From assembly GCF_001194135.2 (NCBI RefSeq), contig NC_068987.1, positions 17,438,689 through 17,493,547 of the forward strand: a stretch of DNA of 54,859 nt. The letters run 5' to 3'. Below, piece by piece: positions 54,521 through 54,859 of the stretch (positions are counted from its first letter, which is position 1; each line of letters begins with the position of its first letter). Below the pieces are notes generated by a model, which was not told the DNA's origin, made no database searches, and saw only the letters and a list, made by a program, of their open reading frames with translations. The translations under genes and the position numbers were made by a program. This stretch comes from Octopus bimaculoides. Its lineage: Eukaryota.

Positions 54521-54859
54521 TGTTGTACTTGGGGATGGTCATATTGCCAGTTTAGCCAATAAAAACACACGCACTGTATATTTGGTGTTAATTTGCTTCA
54601 GCTTTATATTACATTAATCTTAATCTTATTTCGGCCAGAGTTCTTTCGTCACACTTCTGTGACCTCATCAGTGGTCCTTTGTTTCCCTCCTTCTTATGTG
54701 TGTCTCACCTTGCTAAATATCAGCCATTTTGTATTTTGTATTCCTATTGTATGTGTCTACGCATGCGTGTCTTTCAATGTGTCTGTGTCTTTTGTAAGTG
54801 CATGTGTGTATGGGGAGTGTCTGTATCACCTATATACTCTGTTAATACGTGTTCGTTTG
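54521..54859 (-). mobile_element. Hammerhead-bearing repeat, probable Penelope-like or retrozyme terminal region, abutting a (TA)n tract and running off the window end
   Basis: Contains the hammerhead below and begins immediately after (TA)n at 54508-54520. No RT or GIY-YIG coding is visible in the window, so the class is inferred. Confidence 0.45.
54633..54677 (-). ncRNA. Minimal type I hammerhead ribozyme with intact catalytic core
   Basis: Minus strand GGACCA CUGAUGA G GUCACA-GAAG-UGUGAC GAAA GAA CUC UGGCC: full CUGAUGA and GAAA core, perfect 6-bp helix II, CUC cleavage triplet, helix I GGACCA/UGGCC, and a very short helix III (A-U, G-C). Confidence 0.75.

Overview
AT-rich, microsatellite-saturated eukaryotic scaffold segment with about a dozen N gaps. 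The SINE families and repeat style match my recollection of octopus (coleoid cephalopod) genomes; this is inference, not a database result. I find no host protein-coding gene, and the supplied ORF track is almost entirely microsatellite, N-gap or decayed-transposon artefact. The window holds three tRNA-type SINE families (A, B, C; about 16 copies), five decayed Tc1/mariner remnants (three mariner-type, two DD37D/maT-type) and L1/Tx1-, RTE- and CR1/L2-like LINE fragments. The most interesting signal is RNA-level. A 119-bp palindrome at 24556-24674 encodes a type I hammerhead-ribozyme fold on each strand, and in the 32-bp core the differences between its arms fall only on structurally tolerated positions, including one compensatory pair. 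A degenerate relative lies at 19731-19791, and a separate hammerhead with an intact catalytic core lies at 54633-54677 (minus). These are most plausibly Penelope-like or retrozyme-derived. Activity and novelty are untested.
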